DNA of 47,943 bases from an uncultured bacterium (GCA_946407375.1 CAMJNS010000006.1:1-47943), one strand, 5' to 3'. Positions 19,945 through 28,763 are shown, counted from the first letter of the stretch. A program made the numbers and translations. The notes: generated by a model from the letters alone, not told the origin.

Positions 19945-20904
19945 GTGATCGAAATGAAATTTAGATTGTTGTTTGCAATCGCATTGTTTGTAACTTTATT
20001 GGTTGGTTCTGTTCAGGCCGCCCCACTAACTATTGGTATTGTATTGTCTACTGGTGGTTTGGGTGACCAATCTTTTAATGATGCTGCTTATGAAGGCGTT
20101 GCTCTTTTAAGAAAAGAAGGAGCCTTGGTTGAAGTAGTAGATCCAGGTTCAATAAGTGGAATAGAACCAGCATTAAGATTTTTCTGCAAAAGAAAACTAG
20201 ATATGGTTTGTGCTGTTGGCGTTTTTGCAAATGAAGCAGTAAGACATGTTGCCAATGAATATCCTGATTCTAAAATCGTTCTTATCGATTCAGTAGTTTC
20301 TGAACCGAATGTTCTTTCAATTCTATTTGATGAAGAACAAGGCTCTTTCTTCGCTGGTGCTTTTGCTTCTCTTGTTAGCAAAAAAGGTTGCGTCGGCTTT
20401 ATGGGTGGTATGTATTCTCCTGTAATTGCAGGCTTTGAAAAAGGTTTTAGAAGCGGAGCAACTTTTGTAAATCCCAATATAAAATTCGTTTCAAAATATT
20501 TGGGTAACTCTCCAGAAGCTTTCGATATGGTTGATGAAGCAGAAAAAGTTGGTAATGAACTTAACCAATCTGGCGCAGATGTAATTTATCATGCTGCTGG
20601 TAAGAGTGGCTTAGGTTTAATTGCCGCTGCTAGACATGGTGATTTTTATGTAATCGGTGTTGATTCAGATCAGAGCCGTATTGCACCAGGTAAAGTTGCT
20701 GCTAGTGTTGTTAAAAGAATTGATATAGCATTGGTTAAAGCTGTTGAAGTATTGAAAAAGGGTAGCTTTAACGGTGGAGTTTGGACATTAGGTCTTCAAG
20801 ATCACGGAATTGAATTGGCTTACTCTAGATTCAATCGCGATCTAATAACTCATGAAATCAGTATTAAATTAGATGAAATTGAAGATTTCTTAATTAATAA
20901 ATAA
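19945..20904 (+). CDS. BMP/PnrA family substrate-binding protein
   Basis: GGLGDQSFND, FDEEQGSFFAG, GADVIYHAAGKSGLG, VIGVDSDQ and SVVKRID motifs. Signal ends VQA-A with no lipobox. Confidence 0.92.
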   Translation: MIEMKFRLLFAIALFVTLLVGSVQAAPLTIGIVLSTGGLGDQSFNDAAYEGVALLRKEGALVEVVDPGSISGIEPALRFFCKRKLDMVCAVGVFANEAVRHVANEYPDSKIVLIDSVVSEPNVLSILFDEEQGSFFAGAFASLVSKKGCVGFMGGMYSPVIAGFEKGFRSGATFVNPNIKFVSKYLGNSPEAFDMVDEAEKVGNELNQSGADVIYHAAGKSGLGLIAAARHGDFYVIGVDSDQSRIAPGKVAASVVKRIDIALVKAVEVLKKGSFNGGVWTLGLQDHGIELAYSRFNRDLITHEISIKLDEIEDFLINK

Positions 20905-20920
20905 GGATAATTCCTTATTT

Positions 20921-20982
20921 AAAAAAGCTATATTGTAAGTGTACAAAAAAATTAATCTAAACACTTGCGATATAGCTTTTTT
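20921..20982 (+). terminator. Long hairpin/terminator after the BMP gene
   Basis: 22-bp stem AAAAAAGCTATATTGTAAGTGT / ACACTTGCGATATAGCTTTTTT with two G-U pairs. Confidence 0.7.
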
Positions 20983-20993
20983 ATTAATATAAT
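20965..20993 (+). promoter_or_regulatory. sigma70-type promoter of the 21045 gene
   Basis: TTGCGA-17 bp-TATAAT; AGGAGG RBS before ATG 21045. Confidence 0.7.
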
Positions 20994-21044
20994 TATATAA
21001 AATTATAAGTTTTTTATATAAGTCTATAAGCAGGAGGTCTGATT

Positions 21045-21818
21045 ATGTTTGCAATGACTTATAACAGACGCCAAAGTTTATCAATTCTTTTGGTGCTTTC
21101 TATGTTCTTCTGTATGTGGATGACTGTGTCTCCACTCAATTCCGCTAATGCTGGCATTCTAAAAAGTGTTGGTAATATAGCAAAATCAATATTTGTAAAC
21201 GTTGGCGCATTGGCTGCTGGTGCTATGACTGCTGTTCTTGGTGCTGCAGTTGGTGGTGGACCTCTTGGAATGGCTATAGGTGGTGTTGCTGGTTATTTCG
21301 TAGGTAAAAAAGTTCTTAAATGGACAACTTCTAGCGTAGCTAATTTTGCTACTGTTGCTGGTGCAGTTGCTGGTGGTTTCCTTTGCGCAGGTATGGGCTT
21401 CCCAATGCTTGCTATTGGTATTGTTGGCGGTGGTTTAATCGCTAGATTGCTTGTTAAAGGTGTTGGTGCTCTTATTAATAAAATTACTGGTGGCTCCACT
21501 GCTTTAATAAAGAAAGGCGATATTGATCCTGATGCTGCACAGCAAGAAAATGCTGAAGTAGTTTCTTTCATTCAAAGTCTACAAGAAGATAATACAACTA
21601 CAACAACTGCTGTGAAAGAAGAAGTTAAACCAGCTAAAGAAACTAGCAGTTCTTATGAAGTAAAAGATTCTCAGACTGCTTATAACAACTATATTGCTGC
21701 TTATCAAGACTATGTAAATTGCACTCAAAAAGGCGATGTTCAAGGTGCTAAAAAAGCCCAAGACGTTTATCTTAAGAATATGGAACTTTATCAGGCTCTT
21801 CTTAAACAGGGTCTATAA
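21045..21818 (+). CDS. Exported glycine-zipper membrane protein
   Basis: Signal peptide (ANA-G), repeated GxxxG Gly/Ala-rich hydrophobic helices, a Thr-rich linker and a short helical C-terminus. Confidence 0.8.
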   Translation: MFAMTYNRRQSLSILLVLSMFFCMWMTVSPLNSANAGILKSVGNIAKSIFVNVGALAAGAMTAVLGAAVGGGPLGMAIGGVAGYFVGKKVLKWTTSSVANFATVAGAVAGGFLCAGMGFPMLAIGIVGGGLIARLLVKGVGALINKITGGSTALIKKGDIDPDAAQQENAEVVSFIQSLQEDNTTTTTAVKEEVKPAKETSSSYEVKDSQTAYNNYIAAYQDYVNCTQKGDVQGAKKAQDVYLKNMELYQALLKQGL

Positions 21819-21835
21819 TAAATAAATTAAAATAT

Positions 21836-21869
21836 AAAAAGCACGTTTTAATAAACGTGCTTTTTTTTT
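21836..21869. terminator. Bidirectional terminator
   Basis: AAAAAGCACGTTT-TAAT-AAACGTGCTTTTTTTTT between convergent genes. Confidence 0.9.
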
Positions 21870-21876
21870 ACTACTT

Positions 21877-22464
21877 TTATTTCTTTGAGGTTTTATATAT
21901 AGATATTATTTCAAATATAATAAGACCTAAAAGAATAATAACAAATATATACTTAAATATTATTCCGTAATTGAAGGGCTCTGGCTGTTTTATTCCAAGT
22001 AAAGCACTATGACGTTCTATTTCGTATGTATCTTTATTCTTTTGTGCTAATTCCAAATAAACTAACCTAAGTTTGCTGTTATCTGGATTAAACATTAATC
22101 TTTTATCTAATTCTATTTTTGCTTTTTCATAAGGCATATTGTTTAAAAGTTCTATAAATTTTTTTTCTTCCATTACAGGTAAATTATTATTGGTATTTAA
22201 TGAAAAAGCATTCTCTTTTTTTAACCATATAGGTCTAGGTTGGTTGGGATCTAATGAATTTGCTTGATGCCAATACTTTTCTGCTTGTTTATAATTCCCT
22301 GATAATATAGCCTTTTTAGCTTTTTGCATTAAGGAAACAGCCATTTGTTTTTTTGAGTTTTCTATTCTATTTGGTGTAGCAGCCTGGGCTAAAAAAGTAA
22401 AATAATAAAAAGAAAATAACAAAACAACTAGTATCAAAGTATTATGAAAAGTAAAAAATTTCAT
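21877..22464 (-). CDS. Hypothetical TPR-like protein with signal peptide and C-terminal TM
   Basis: AKKAILSGNYKQAEKYWHQANSLDP TPR; hydrophobic termini. Confidence 0.75.
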   Translation of the reverse strand: MKFFTFHNTLILVVLLFSFYYFTFLAQAATPNRIENSKKQMAVSLMQKAKKAILSGNYKQAEKYWHQANSLDPNQPRPIWLKKENAFSLNTNNNLPVMEEKKFIELLNNMPYEKAKIELDKRLMFNPDNSKLRLVYLELAQKNKDTYEIERHSALLGIKQPEPFNYGIIFKYIFVIILLGLIIFEIISIYKTSKK

Positions 22465-22472
22465 TGTCTTTA

Positions 22473-23075
22473 TTAGGGGCTAGCGGTAGGGTCTTTTACT
22501 ATTTTAATCATTCTAATGGAATTTTCACCACGAGTACTATCACCTAGTTTATTTTGGTATGGATACTCATCGATAGCCATAGAATTTAGTCTGAGGTTTT
22601 CAACCATAGATGCAGAGGCATTTGCTTCTTTTTCCCAAGCAATTGCCCAATCTCCAGAAGCTAATTCAAAACTTGTGTTGCTGGCATAGTTAACTGAAAC
22701 ACCCCAATATATTTGAGAACTAGATGTGCCCCACATATGTTCAGGAACAGAAGTATCTTTTAAATCTGTTTTTCTTAAAAATCCACATTCAGTTAGAATA
22801 GCTATCTTTTCGGATATTGATGCTACTGTGTCTGTTGCACAAAAATCTACCCAGCCTTTAGCTATTAAAGGACTACTAGGATCTTTGGCAGCTAAACGTG
22901 CTAAATCGATACCTTCGCGTAATTGGCTTAAATCAGAATCGTAGAAAACTTCTTTTTCTCTAGTGACTTGGGTTTGCTCGTCAGGCATTAATTTCATGGC
23001 TACAATTGCTGCTACTATGAGCATAATCATAACCATCATAAGCATGGAACCACGTTTGTTTATTGTTCTACGCAT
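22473..23075 (-). CDS. Pilin/pseudopilin-like protein
   Basis: NKRG/SMLMMVMIMLIVAAIV class III-like signal without Glu+5; REKE...LSQLREGID resembles the GspG-like helix. Confidence 0.65.
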   Translation of the reverse strand: MRRTINKRGSMLMMVMIMLIVAAIVAMKLMPDEQTQVTREKEVFYDSDLSQLREGIDLARLAAKDPSSPLIAKGWVDFCATDTVASISEKIAILTECGFLRKTDLKDTSVPEHMWGTSSSQIYWGVSVNYASNTSFELASGDWAIAWEKEANASASMVENLRLNSMAIDEYPYQNKLGDSTRGENSIRMIKIVKDPTASP

Positions 23076-23143
23076 TTTTATTTCTGCCCTTATCCTATCT
23101 TTAATATTAATGATATTCTCTTTTTAAATCAATAATAAAAAAT

Positions 23144-23178
23144 AAAAAACTTCGTCTTATATATAAGACGAAGTTTTT
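23144..23178. terminator. Terminator after the galT pair
   Basis: AAAAACTTCGTCTTAT-AT-ATAAGACGAAGTTTTT inverted repeat. Confidence 0.88.
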
Positions 23179-23182
23179 ATAA

Positions 23183-24187
23183 TTAATCCTTGATTTCTAC
23201 TGCTCTAAGAGCATCAGCAGCATCTTCTGGAGGTGTTGGATTGATGTAAAAACCTGAACCCCATTCAAAACCTGCTGTTTTAGTAAGTTTTGGTATTATT
23301 TCTACATGCCAGTGATAAAAGTCTTTGTATGAATCAGAACAGGGAGAAGAGTGAATAATAAAATTATATGGCTGACCTGGCAAAAGAGTTTCTAGTTTCT
23401 TTAAAGCTAATTGAAGAGTATTAGCAAAGAGTGGAACCATAGAGTTTTCAAGCATTTCAAAGAATGGAAAATGGTTTTTAGGAGCAATTTCCATTTCAAA
23501 TGGGAATCTTGAAGCGAATGGACAGAAAATGATGAAGTTATCATCTTCATAAACCAGTCTGCTTTTGCTTTTTGATTCCTGCTTTATTATGTCGCAGATT
23601 AAGCAACGATCATGGTAATGAAAATATTCTCTACAGCCTTCTAGTTCTTCTTCTATTCTTTTTGGAATAATAGGAGTTGCTATTATGTGAGAGTGAGCAT
23701 GGGATAATGCAGATAAACCAGCTCCACTATTTTTTACAATCATTAAATGTTTGTATCTTGGATTTTTCTTTAATTCTAATAGACGTTGCTTGTATGCCCA
23801 AATAATTTCTTTTACCTGAGTTGGAGTAGCATTTGAAAAAGTGGTGTTATGATCTGGAGCTTCTATAACCATTTCGTGAACACCTATAGAATTCATAGCA
23901 TCAAACATTCCTATTCCTTCACGATTTGAATCGCCTTCAGGAATTAGTATAGGAACTTTATCTGGAATGATTCTTATCCACCAGCCAGGAGTATTAGCTG
24001 CAGTACCAGCAGTTCTAAATGATAAGGTTTCTGGAGGTGTCATTGATTCATGACCCTGACAGAAAGGACAATTAGCTGCATCATCATTAGCTACTTCAAC
24101 TTTTTTGAAATCAGAAGGTCTTTTCCCTCTTTCAGGAGAAATAATAACCCATTGCTTAAGGATTGGATCTTTTCTTAATTGTGGCAT
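23183..24187 (-). CDS. galT: Galactose-1-phosphate uridylyltransferase paralogue with a divergent active site
   Basis: MPQLRKDP, CPFC, GVHEMVIE, HWHVEIIP and AGFEWGSG motifs; HAHSH replaces HPHSQ. Confidence 0.85.
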   Translation of the reverse strand: MPQLRKDPILKQWVIISPERGKRPSDFKKVEVANDDAANCPFCQGHESMTPPETLSFRTAGTAANTPGWWIRIIPDKVPILIPEGDSNREGIGMFDAMNSIGVHEMVIEAPDHNTTFSNATPTQVKEIIWAYKQRLLELKKNPRYKHLMIVKNSGAGLSALSHAHSHIIATPIIPKRIEEELEGCREYFHYHDRCLICDIIKQESKSKSRLVYEDDNFIIFCPFASRFPFEMEIAPKNHFPFFEMLENSMVPLFANTLQLALKKLETLLPGQPYNFIIHSSPCSDSYKDFYHWHVEIIPKLTKTAGFEWGSGFYINPTPPEDAADALRAVEIKD

Positions 24188-24202
24188 TTCAAATATCCCT
24201 CC

Positions 24203-25198
24203 TTATTTGCTTTTAATCATGAATTGTGCAGCTTTTTCGGGTGCTACAGGATTAATATAAAAACCTGAACCCCATTCAAAACCTGCTGTTTTTGATAGTC
24301 TTGGCAATATTTCTATATGCCAATGATAATAGTCGGCACAGTGTTCATCGCAGGGAGATGTATGAATAACAAAATTAAATGGAGGGTTGTCCAAGGTTTT
24401 TATAAGCTTTTGCAAAGTTGAATGCATTACATCAGCAAGACCATCAATTTCTGATTCATCAATGTCTCCAAAAGAATCTTTATGGTCTTTTGGAGCTATC
24501 CAAGTTTCAAAAGGAAATCTTGCTGCAAAAGGTTCAAATGCAACAAACTGTTCGTTTTCGTGAACTATTCTATCTCCTTGACTGAGTTCTTGCCTAATAA
24601 TATCGCAGAAAACACATCTTTCTTTATAATAATAGTAGGTTTTTGCCCCATCAATTTCTTCCATTGCTCTTTTAGGAATTATAGGTGTAGCTATGAGCTG
24701 AGAATGTGGGTGATCAAGGCTAGCCCCAGCAGCTTGTCCATTGTTTTTGAAAATTAAAATATATCTGAAACGACGGTCTCGTCTTAAATCTCGGTATCTG
24801 TCAACGTAAGCATGAAGAATACGCGAAATTTGGTCAGTTGTGTAATTATGGAAACCATCTTCGTGTCTAGGAGATTCTATTATTACTTCGTGAGCACCCA
24901 CGCCATTCATCATATCATATACACCAATACCAGTACGGTCTAAATCTCCTTCTATTTGTAAGGCGGGGTATTTGTTTGGAACTACTCTGACAGCCCAACC
25001 AGGATTGTTGGGGAGTGTATCAGGGGTACGGTATGACATAACTTCTGGTGGAGACATTTTTTCGTTGCCTTCACAAAAAGGACATTTTATTGTTTGACGA
25101 GGTGGTTGAACAGTCTTAAAATCTTCAGGTGTTTTAGCCTGTTCGTGAAGTATTATAACCCATCTTTTTGTAACAGGGTCTTTTCGAAGCTGAGGCAT
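24203..25198 (-). CDS. galT: Galactose-1-phosphate uridylyltransferase
   Basis: CPFCEGNE, VVPNKYPAL, GAHEVIIES, GASLDHPHSQ canonical catalytic motif, AGFEWGSG. Confidence 0.95.
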   Translation of the reverse strand: MPQLRKDPVTKRWVIILHEQAKTPEDFKTVQPPRQTIKCPFCEGNEKMSPPEVMSYRTPDTLPNNPGWAVRVVPNKYPALQIEGDLDRTGIGVYDMMNGVGAHEVIIESPRHEDGFHNYTTDQISRILHAYVDRYRDLRRDRRFRYILIFKNNGQAAGASLDHPHSQLIATPIIPKRAMEEIDGAKTYYYYKERCVFCDIIRQELSQGDRIVHENEQFVAFEPFAARFPFETWIAPKDHKDSFGDIDESEIDGLADVMHSTLQKLIKTLDNPPFNFVIHTSPCDEHCADYYHWHIEILPRLSKTAGFEWGSGFYINPVAPEKAAQFMIKSK

Positions 25199-25331
25199 TT
25201 ATTACTCCTTAAACCTTGAATCCTGTGGATTATACTATAGTATACTAATAATTAGCAACATTTTTAGATTTTTCCTTTTGTTTTTCTATGATTTAAATAT
25301 AAAAATATGTACACTATAAAAATAAAAAAGT

Positions 25332-25360
25332 TGACAAGTTGAGTGCACTCGTTTAATGTA
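25332..25360 (+). promoter_or_regulatory. sigma70-type promoter with a palindrome in the spacer
   Basis: TTGACA at 25332; perfect palindrome GAGTGCACTC at 25341-25350; -10-like TTTAAT/TAATGT. Confidence 0.55.
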
Positions 25361-25417
25361 TTGTTGTACTTAATTTACTTGCTTATCAATGGTAATTTCA
25401 CATAGAGGTAACTAAAA

Positions 25418-26035
25418 GTGGGAAGAAAAAGAACTTGCGAATTGCCTTTCTGCCACGGTGTAGTAGAGGGCACGAAAAATAAACGCAGATGTGATAATGA
25501 TAGAAATATTCATCTGCACCAGATTATATCTAAAAGTGTTAAACGCATTATGCGTTATCTAGAAAATCATTCTGAAGTAACAGCAAATGATGTTAACCAT
25601 GATTTGTTTAAAGGCGAACTTGATAAAAATGAAAAAGGTTCAATGTACCGATTATTTCAAGCAATGGTTCGCGAAAAATATCTTGTTGAATGTGGTAAAA
25701 AAGATGGCTTAAAAGTCTATCGTTGTACAAAAAATGATAAGAAAGAAGAAGCCGTTGAAGAAAATGTAGTAGAAACTGTTCAGAAAGAAAATGTTGAAGA
25801 ACAGGTTCAGCAACCTGCACCAATAATTATTGAACGTAGATTAAGTCCAGAAGAAATTTTATTAGGAAAACTTCGTGAATTTGTTCATATGAAAAGTGGA
25901 CAATGGAACCACGAAGATTGGATTTGGTTATTAAATAGACCAGATATTAGAGAGTTTGGTATGTCTGAAAATGACATCGGAAGACTTTTAGAAGAAGAAA
26001 AAGCAAGATATTGGTTGCAACGTAATAATTACTGA
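25418..26035 (+). CDS. Hypothetical protein: Cys/His N-terminus, wHTH-like middle, WNHEDW C-terminal domain
   Basis: GAGG RBS plus GTG start; own promoter and terminator; C-x4-C-x12-C-x6-H, then a three-helix/two-strand pattern. Confidence 0.8.
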   Translation: MGRKRTCELPFCHGVVEGTKNKRRCDNDRNIHLHQIISKSVKRIMRYLENHSEVTANDVNHDLFKGELDKNEKGSMYRLFQAMVREKYLVECGKKDGLKVYRCTKNDKKEEAVEENVVETVQKENVEEQVQQPAPIIIERRLSPEEILLGKLREFVHMKSGQWNHEDWIWLLNRPDIREFGMSENDIGRLLEEEKARYWLQRNNY

Positions 26036-26039
26036 TAAG

Positions 26040-26081
26040 CACAAAAAAGCATTTAGTTTAAAACTAAATGCTTTTTTTGTG
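26040..26081 (+). terminator. Intrinsic terminator
   Basis: AAAAAAGCATTTAGTTT-A-AAACTAAATGCTTTTTTT inverted repeat. Confidence 0.88.
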
Positions 26082-26112
26082 GGGCTTAGCTTATTCAATA
26101 TTAATAGAGTAT

Positions 26113-26145
26113 AAAAAAAGACCAACCTAAGTTGGTCTTTTTTTT
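26113..26145 (-). terminator. Intrinsic terminator of the acidic-protein gene
   Basis: AAAAAAAGACCAAC-CTAA-GTTGGTCTTTTTTT. Confidence 0.88.
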
Positions 26146-26167
26146 ATCTGAAGTTAATCTTTATAGA

Positions 26168-26599
26168 TTATTCATCATCTTCATCATCATCGAAGTCGTC
26201 ATCTTCATCTTCGTCGTCGTCAAAATCTTCGTCATCGTCGAAGTCTTCGTCATCTTCGTCGTCAAAGTCTTCATCGTCTTCGAAGTCGTCGTCTTCATCA
26301 TCGAATTCGTCATCTTCGTATTCGTCTTCATCATCGAATTCATCGTCTTCGAATTCGTCATCATCATCTATATCATCATCATCGAATTCGTCATCATCAT
26401 CGTCGAAGTCTTCGTCTTCGTCATAGTCATCATCATCGTCATTAAATTCATCATCATCATCGTCATCGAAGTCGTCATCATCGAAGTCATCATCGTCATC
26501 AAAATCATCGTCTTCTTCTTCGAAGTCTTCGTCTTCATTATATTTAGGTTTTGCTGCAAGCAATTCTAAATCATCGTTATCATAATAATATTTTGGCAT
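26168..26599 (-). CDS. Extremely acidic low-complexity protein (143 aa)
   Basis: AAAGGGG RBS before ATG 26599 (MPKYYY; ORF-track start 26632). TTGACA-18-TATATT promoter upstream and terminator downstream. Asp/Glu runs punctuated by Phe/Tyr. Confidence 0.8.
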   Translation of the reverse strand: MPKYYYDNDDLELLAAKPKYNEDEDFEEEDDDFDDDDDFDDDDFDDDDDDEFNDDDDDYDEDEDFDDDDDEFDDDDIDDDDEFEDDEFDDEDEYEDDEFDDEDDDFEDDEDFDDEDDEDFDDDEDFDDDEDEDDDFDDDEDDE

Positions 26600-26657
26600 G
26601 CTGATTACCCCTTTCTGGTGGTCAAGTGTCAAAATTAAATTTTACTATTTAGACTGC

Positions 26658-26687
26658 AATATATGCATAGTTGTTTATTACTGTCAA
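26658..26687 (-). promoter_or_regulatory. sigma70-type promoter of the acidic-protein gene
   Basis: Minus strand TTGACA-18 bp-TATATT. Confidence 0.6.
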
Positions 26688-26772
26688 CAATTTTTTTTGT
26701 AAATTTTTATATTTTTTTTATCTCTTTTCTCTGTTTTCTGTATTTTGTATTTCTATGCTCTAATTTTGTAGT

Positions 26773-27007
26773 CTACACATTGTCATAAACGTATAGCTTT
26801 CAGGGCTAAAGCCCATACGCTATGCTTATTATGACAAATGTGTAGCCAATTAGCATAATCTAATTAGACTTAAATGCCTAGTTTTCGCACAGCCTTTCGC
26901 AATGACGATTATGACCTTGTTCAGAGTATATAAACGTCATCGCAAACCGCAAGTTATACGTCATTACGAGCAGTCGATAGACTGCGTGGTAAACCGTGGC
27001 GATCCAG
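26773..27007. repeat. Cluster of REP-like palindromic elements
   Basis: CTACACATTGTCATAA...TTATGACAAATGTGTAG encloses GGGCTAAAGCCC. CGCAATGACG / CGTCATCGC / CGTCATTACG...GTGGCGATCCAG units follow, with a related copy near 40101-40146. Confidence 0.6.
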
Positions 27008-27316
27008 TAAAAATTTAATGCATATACCTAGTTTTTAGACAAGCTCTGCAAGGCGTTACTGAAAGCAAAACGAAGTCCATCTAGAAAAGAAAATTTAAGG
27101 CGTTTTCCCTGTTCTAAACTCTTAGCTCTATATTATGAATGAAATAGGCTAAACTTATTTTGTAATAAGTGTTTAAGCTATATAAGTTTGAAAAAATACC
27201 CTGTTTTTTGAAACAAGTTAATAAAAATAGGGGTGATTTTTAGATGCAATATTATATAAGAATGATTATAAGTATAATTATTTATGAAAAATTTTTAAAA
27301 GTGTACACTTTAATTC

Positions 27317-27345
27317 TTGACTATTATATAAATTTGTTTTAATAT
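27317..27345 (+). promoter_or_regulatory. sigma70-type promoter of the ffh operon
   Basis: TTGACT-17 bp-TAATAT; AGGAG RBS downstream. Confidence 0.55.
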
Positions 27346-27376
27346 ACATCCACTGATTTGATTATTAGGAGATTTT

Positions 27377-28720
27377 TTGATGTTTCAAGGCCTTTCAGAA
27401 AAGCTAATCGGCGTATTTGAAAAAATACGTGGTGTTGGTAAGCTTACCGAAAAAGATGTTGATACTGCTTTAAACGAAGTTAAAATGGCTTTGTTAGAAG
27501 CTGATGTCAACTTTAAAGTAGTTAAGAACTTTATCAAACGTATAAAAGAACGAGCTTTAGGGGCTGAAATACTAAAAAGTCTTACTCCTGGGCAACAGGT
27601 TATCAAGATCGTTCATGAAGAACTTGTTGTTTTACTTGGTAGCGAAAGAAGTAAAATTAATATCGCTCCAAAGAAACCTACAATTATCTTGATGGCTGGG
27701 CTTCAAGGTTCTGGTAAAACTACTACTAGTGCAAAATTGGCTTTAAATCTTCGTAAAGAAGAAAAAAAGAAACCCTTACTAGTAGCTTGTGACATTTATA
27801 GACCAGCAGCAGTTAAGCAACTTCAAGTTTTAGGTGATCAACTTGGCGTTGAAGTCTTTGTTGGAAAAGAAGGTGAAAAGCCCTCTTTGATCGCTAAAAA
27901 TGCAGTAGATTATGCTAGAAGTAATAATCTTGATGTCGTAATCATAGATACTGCAGGTCGTTTGCATATAGATGAAGATATGATGGGCGAAGTAAAAGAG
28001 ATTAAGACTGTTGTTGAACCCCATGAAATTCTTCTGGTTGTTGATGCAATGACTGGTCAAGATGCTGTTAATATGGCAACAGCATTTAATCAAATGTTAG
28101 AACTGACTGGTATAATTCTAACCAAGCTTGATGGCGATGCTAGAGGTGGTGCTGCACTTTCAATTAGAGAAGTTACAGGGAAGCCAGTTAAATTTGTAGG
28201 TGTTGGTGAAAAATCTTCATCTTTAGAACCTTTTTATCCCGACCGTATGGCTCAGAGAATTCTGGGCATGGGCGATGTGCTTTCATTAATTGAAAAAGCA
28301 CAAGAAAACTTTGATGAAGCCAAAATGAAGGAAATCGAAAAAAGACTTCTGGAAGCAGAATTTAATTTCAATGATTTTCTTTATCAGCTAAATCAAATTA
28401 AAAAAATGGGACCTCTTGATCAACTTTTAGGAATGATTCCAGGTTTTTCTCAATTGGGAGACCTTTCTAGCTTCTCCTATGATGATAAGAGGTTTAAACG
28501 TTTTGAAGCGATCATTCTTTCTATGACAGAAAAAGAAAGAAATCATCCCGATATGATAGATTCGTCAAGACGTAAAAGAATAGCAGTTGGTAGTGGTAAC
28601 GACATTAATGAAGTAAATATGTTTTTTAAACAGTTTACTCAAATGCGTAAAATGATGAAGCAACTCGGCAATTTTGGAAAACGCCGTGGTGGCAGATTCT
28701 CAAGAATGTTTGGAATGTAA
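27377..28720 (+). CDS. ffh: Signal recognition particle protein
   Basis: ALLEADV, GLQGSGKTT, DTAGR, TKLDGDARGGAALS, RILGMGD and the M domain. Start may be ATG 27380. Confidence 0.98.
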   Translation: MMFQGLSEKLIGVFEKIRGVGKLTEKDVDTALNEVKMALLEADVNFKVVKNFIKRIKERALGAEILKSLTPGQQVIKIVHEELVVLLGSERSKINIAPKKPTIILMAGLQGSGKTTTSAKLALNLRKEEKKKPLLVACDIYRPAAVKQLQVLGDQLGVEVFVGKEGEKPSLIAKNAVDYARSNNLDVVIIDTAGRLHIDEDMMGEVKEIKTVVEPHEILLVVDAMTGQDAVNMATAFNQMLELTGIILTKLDGDARGGAALSIREVTGKPVKFVGVGEKSSSLEPFYPDRMAQRILGMGDVLSLIEKAQENFDEAKMKEIEKRLLEAEFNFNDFLYQLNQIKKMGPLDQLLGMIPGFSQLGDLSSFSYDDKRFKRFEAIILSMTEKERNHPDMIDSSRRKRIAVGSGNDINEVNMFFKQFTQMRKMMKQLGNFGKRRGGRFSRMFGM

Positions 28721-28763
28721 AAGCCGTTAATATCGGTTTTAACAAATATAAGGAGTTTATATA

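Noticed and set aside
26132-26569. Hydrophobic 145-aa plus-strand ORF and Met/Thr-rich minus-strand ORFs
   Set aside because: Shadow frames of the GAY/GAA-rich acidic gene, which has the promoter, RBS and terminator.
26700-27360. SRP RNA (ffs), a riboswitch or ylxM upstream of ffh
   Set aside because: No SRP helix-8 motif (CAGG..GNRA..AGCAG), no recognisable aptamer and no suitable ORF; the structure is explained by REP-like repeats.
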